DNA of 51,924 nucleotides, filler included, from Jimgerdemannia flammicorona (taxonomy: Eukaryota): NCBI GenBank assembly GCA_003990765.1. It is 2 parts of 2 records of this genome, joined end to end, with 100 filler letters (N's around TTAATTAATTAA, not from the genome) between each part and the next. Parts side by side here need not be neighbours in the genome. Positions count along the whole stretch, not along the records: positions 26,013 to 51,924 come from RBNJ01000777.1; 1 more part is not named here. The stretch is one strand, 5' to 3'. Positions 48,938 through 51,924 of the stretch are shown here, piece by piece; within the stretch, counting starts at the first letter, position 1; every line of letters starts with the position of its first letter. The translations under genes and the position numbers were made by a program. The notes under the pieces are model-generated. The model saw nothing but the letters and a program-made list of their open reading frames with translations. It was not told the origin of the DNA and did not search any database.

Positions 48938-50812
48938 ATGGAGACAAATCTCTCCCGCTGGGCCGACGACGACACATCGCAACAGAAGAAGGGAAAGAGT
49001 CAGTTCTCCGGCCTGGCAAAGCTGGTCGGCGGTGACCTGTTCGAATTCGAACACCCGAAAACCGATTGGAACAACGATTGGGATAAGAAAACACTCGCCG
49101 ACGTGTCCGGGTCCCGCAATGCCTCTCGGGACTTTGCCAGCACCGTCGAGGAGTGGGCACCGGACGGACACGAGGCTCCCTCGCCGACCAGCAACACCAG
49201 TGCCGCCTCTAGCGCCAACACCCGCAGCAGCAACAACGCCCTGATCGGTGGAGACAGGCCCGCCGATGAGATTACAGGCGCATTCAAAGGCGTCTTCTCC
49301 AACGTGAGCTCGGGTGCGATCCTCGGTACCACCTGGGGCAATGCCGCTGCATTGGGCAACACTCGGAACGACGGTGGCAATGGTGGTCGTGCCGGCGGGA
49401 ACGACAACATGTGGGGAAACGACAGCATGTGGGGGAAAGACAGTCAAACGACAGCAATGGCTTCGAGGACCTCATGGGCTGACACTTCCAGTGATAGCAG
49501 GCAGCGTGGTAACGCCAATGCGAATATCAACTCGAACGGATTTGCCAAAGCAAGGAACCCTGAGAGGTCTCGTTCTCCCGAACGCGGAATACAAAACAAA
49601 TGGATGGATGGTCAGAGCGACCGCAGTGCGGCCTCTTCTGGACCGAGTGCTCAGAATAAGAGTACGAACAATGGAACCGCGACGCGAGCTTCGGCTTGGC
49701 CAACGTCCTTCGATGAAGACGAAGAGGAGGAAGAGAACGACGACGACGGGTGGGCCCAACCTGTCATTGCTGGATGGGGTCAGCGGCAGTCCGCAAAGTC
49801 CGAAGCGCCCGCAAAGTCTGAAGAACCTGCAAAGTCCGAAGAGCCTGATGCGCCGCCGGTTGATCCTCTTGCAGGGTGGCACCAACTCATGGACCCGAAT
49901 GCCAAGATTCGTGCTGACGGCCTAGGGGCCGGTAACCTGCATCGCAAAGGTCGTAACTTCATCCCGGTCGATGAGGCAGCCATCCTGCGCCAGCGTGAGG
50001 GCCAACCAGTCTCGAAAAAAGTAGGAAGGGGGGGCAAGGCGAAGTCGGGTCTCGCCGCCAAACCTTTGGCTTCAATGTCTACCGCCCGTGTCGCGACCGC
50101 CAAGACTCCGTCGAAACTCGCGCCCGCACCGATGACACCCTCCATGAGTAGCAAGCCCAAACCCACTCCACAACAGCAAGATGCGATCAAAAGGTCGGGT
50201 TCTGCTGCTTCATCTCCGATCAAGAAGCCGGGTTCTGTTGCTGCACAGCAAGATACGATCAAGAGGCCGGGTGCTGTTCCTCCACCGTCTCGCCCCGTCG
50301 CCGCTGGTGCGGGTGGTTGGGCCAGTGGGCCACTTGCGTCGCAGCGATTCTGGTCACAGAACACTCCGCCGCCGCCAAAGCCCCAACCACAGGTGCAAGG
50401 TCAGCAGCCCAGACAATCGCAACCCAGTTCGTCGGTGTGGGGGAAAACTCCTTTGGCGCAATCGCCGGTCCAACCGCAGCAAGGTAAGAAGCCGTCATTG
50501 GGCTCTCAACAATGGCCGTCGGTCAGCAGACCTCCGCCAGGTATCCCTGCGCCTGCGCCTGCGCCCGCGCCCGCATCTGCACCCGCGTCGACGACACAGA
50601 ACGATCGGGTGGACCCGGCTCGTGGGACGCTCCTGGTGACAATCAACGTGGAGCTCGAGGATGGTCGACAGGAGCCGATACGGGTGTACATGTACGACGA
50701 GCCTGCGGATCTGGCTAAACGGTTTTGTCGCGTATGGCGCGTGACGAACCCAATCGTGCAGCCAGCGCTGGAGGACCTGATCCGTGGGCAAAAGGAGGAG
50801 AGGTTGCAGTGA
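48938..50812 (+). CDS. intronless low-complexity GW/WG-rich protein with a small folded C-terminal domain (~624 aa; ORF open from 48860)
   Basis: Long open frame rich in S/G/N/P/Q with spaced Trp residues. C-terminal LLVTINVELEDGRQEPIRVYMYDEPADLAKRFC...LEDLIR. The ATG at 48938 follows a CT-rich leader and CAAA. Confidence 0.85.
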   Translation: METNLSRWADDDTSQQKKGKSQFSGLAKLVGGDLFEFEHPKTDWNNDWDKKTLADVSGSRNASRDFASTVEEWAPDGHEAPSPTSNTSAASSANTRSSNNALIGGDRPADEITGAFKGVFSNVSSGAILGTTWGNAAALGNTRNDGGNGGRAGGNDNMWGNDSMWGKDSQTTAMASRTSWADTSSDSRQRGNANANINSNGFAKARNPERSRSPERGIQNKWMDGQSDRSAASSGPSAQNKSTNNGTATRASAWPTSFDEDEEEEENDDDGWAQPVIAGWGQRQSAKSEAPAKSEEPAKSEEPDAPPVDPLAGWHQLMDPNAKIRADGLGAGNLHRKGRNFIPVDEAAILRQREGQPVSKKVGRGGKAKSGLAAKPLASMSTARVATAKTPSKLAPAPMTPSMSSKPKPTPQQQDAIKRSGSAASSPIKKPGSVAAQQDTIKRPGAVPPPSRPVAAGAGGWASGPLASQRFWSQNTPPPPKPQPQVQGQQPRQSQPSSSVWGKTPLAQSPVQPQQGKKPSLGSQQWPSVSRPPPGIPAPAPAPAPASAPASTTQNDRVDPARGTLLVTINVELEDGRQEPIRVYMYDEPADLAKRFCRVWRVTNPIVQPALEDLIRGQKEERLQ

Positions 50813-51750
50813 TGCGCCGAGGGATGTATGCGTGTGTGTACGAGTTTGAGAGTCGGACGGCTGGCTTGGCAATCGGATTTCAGTTCAAACAGACATTGCA
50901 TTGCGGGATTTCACTTCTACGCCAGTGCGAGGAGCTGAAGCTTTGCGTCGGGTTTAGACAATGCATTTTGCAGTTGGGAAATAAAGGTCTCATGGTAAAA
51001 TGCGCGAAATGATAGTTTTTCTTTTACGACTTTTTTCTTTGACCACATTATATTTACCTTTTTTTTTTTTTTGCATAATGATACGTTTTGCCACATCATT
51101 ATTCACCTATCTGTCTCGTTTCTAATGTGTCTTTCCGGCGAACTTTGCATTTCTCGCAATATCGGTTTAGGTTTATCTTTGTTGTTTTGATTGGTTTCTC
51201 TTATCAGGTATTGATTGATTTGATGTATAGATTTTTCAGGCTTAGGCCAGCATAGCCGTGCCATGTGTGATGGATGCGAATTGTTTTGGGTTTCTTTTCT
51301 TTTCTGGATTTTAATTAGAACGGTAGAGGCGCTTAGCATGACCTTAGCATGATTGCAAATACCAATACACGCTCTAAACATGGTGTTTGTTGTACGCGGG
51401 TGGAGTATAATTTTGGGGTGGTGTCTGGGGGTGTGGTGTGCCTTGTTATGGAACAGTTGGGAAACTGGGAAATAATCATTCGTGTGTTGAGTGCGAGGAA
51501 GCGCGTGGCGCAGAGCCAAATACGGGCGGCGTCCCGCTTCGGGCTGGTTTGGCGTATTGTGATTGGTTGGCCCGGAGGTTCATCGGCTCGTTCGCCGTCA
51601 CGCCCGTCCCCTGTCTGGCGTATAAGACCAAGGACCACCCTGCTCCCGCTGTCTTTGTTCCCTTAGGCCGTTCTCCCTAACTTGAACACATCCTAACAAA
51701 ACCCCCTTGACATCCCCCTTCCCTCCCCTCTTCCCACTTCAACCTCAAAC

Positions 51751-51819
51751 ATGCGTGAGTGCATCTCTGTCCACGTTGGTCAGGCCGGTGTTCAGATCGG
51801 TAACGCCTGTTGGGAATTG
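51751..51819 (+). CDS. TUB1: alpha-tubulin, first exon (gene continues beyond the window)
   Basis: [23 protein letters not shown] followed by a GTACGT donor. Confidence 0.97.
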
Positions 51820-51924
51820 GTACGTTACGTATACAGCAAAGAAAATGAAGGACATCTACTGACAGCGAAGCGATGTGTAAAACCAACCAATAAATCCTCA
51901 ATAACACCTGTTTTCCATCCCCCC

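Noticed and set aside
48869..50901. Numerous antisense and alternate-frame ORFs over the GW-rich gene, and similar ones over other genes
   Set aside because: Shadow ORFs expected from GC-rich coding sequence.

Overview
Intron-rich eukaryotic DNA, almost certainly fungal. The gene families and the HxDLHxGN kinase suggest an early-diverging fungus (Mucoromycota, e.g. Endogonales or Glomeromycotina-like); this taxon is an inference. The window has two compartments. (1) About 1.4-38.5 kb is accessory and transposon-rich. It holds a decayed chromovirus with nested hAT-MITE and Tc1 insertions, and a frameshifted tyrosine-kinase-like gene whose C-terminus is an array of ~27 single-LRR, 84-nt, phase-1 exon cassettes duplicated together with their introns. 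It also holds an F-box relic, an inverted kinase relic, an intact BTB-SPRY gene, an artificial 100-bp contig linker, a full-length 6.7-kb Ty3/Gypsy element with a dUTPase and an extra 3' ORF, and a PD-(D/E)xK-like gene. (2) About 38.6-52 kb is compact housekeeping DNA: cofilin, a Tgl3-like patatin lipase with a predicted 8-nt microexon, an Alb1/Ecm1-like gene, CENP-I/Mis6, a GW/WG-rich disordered protein and the first exon of alpha-tubulin. The repeats show transition-only (C>T/G>A) hypermutation. The best candidate for a novel system is the modular kinase-LRR exon-cassette locus. All coordinates and translations were read by hand, and no database searches were run.
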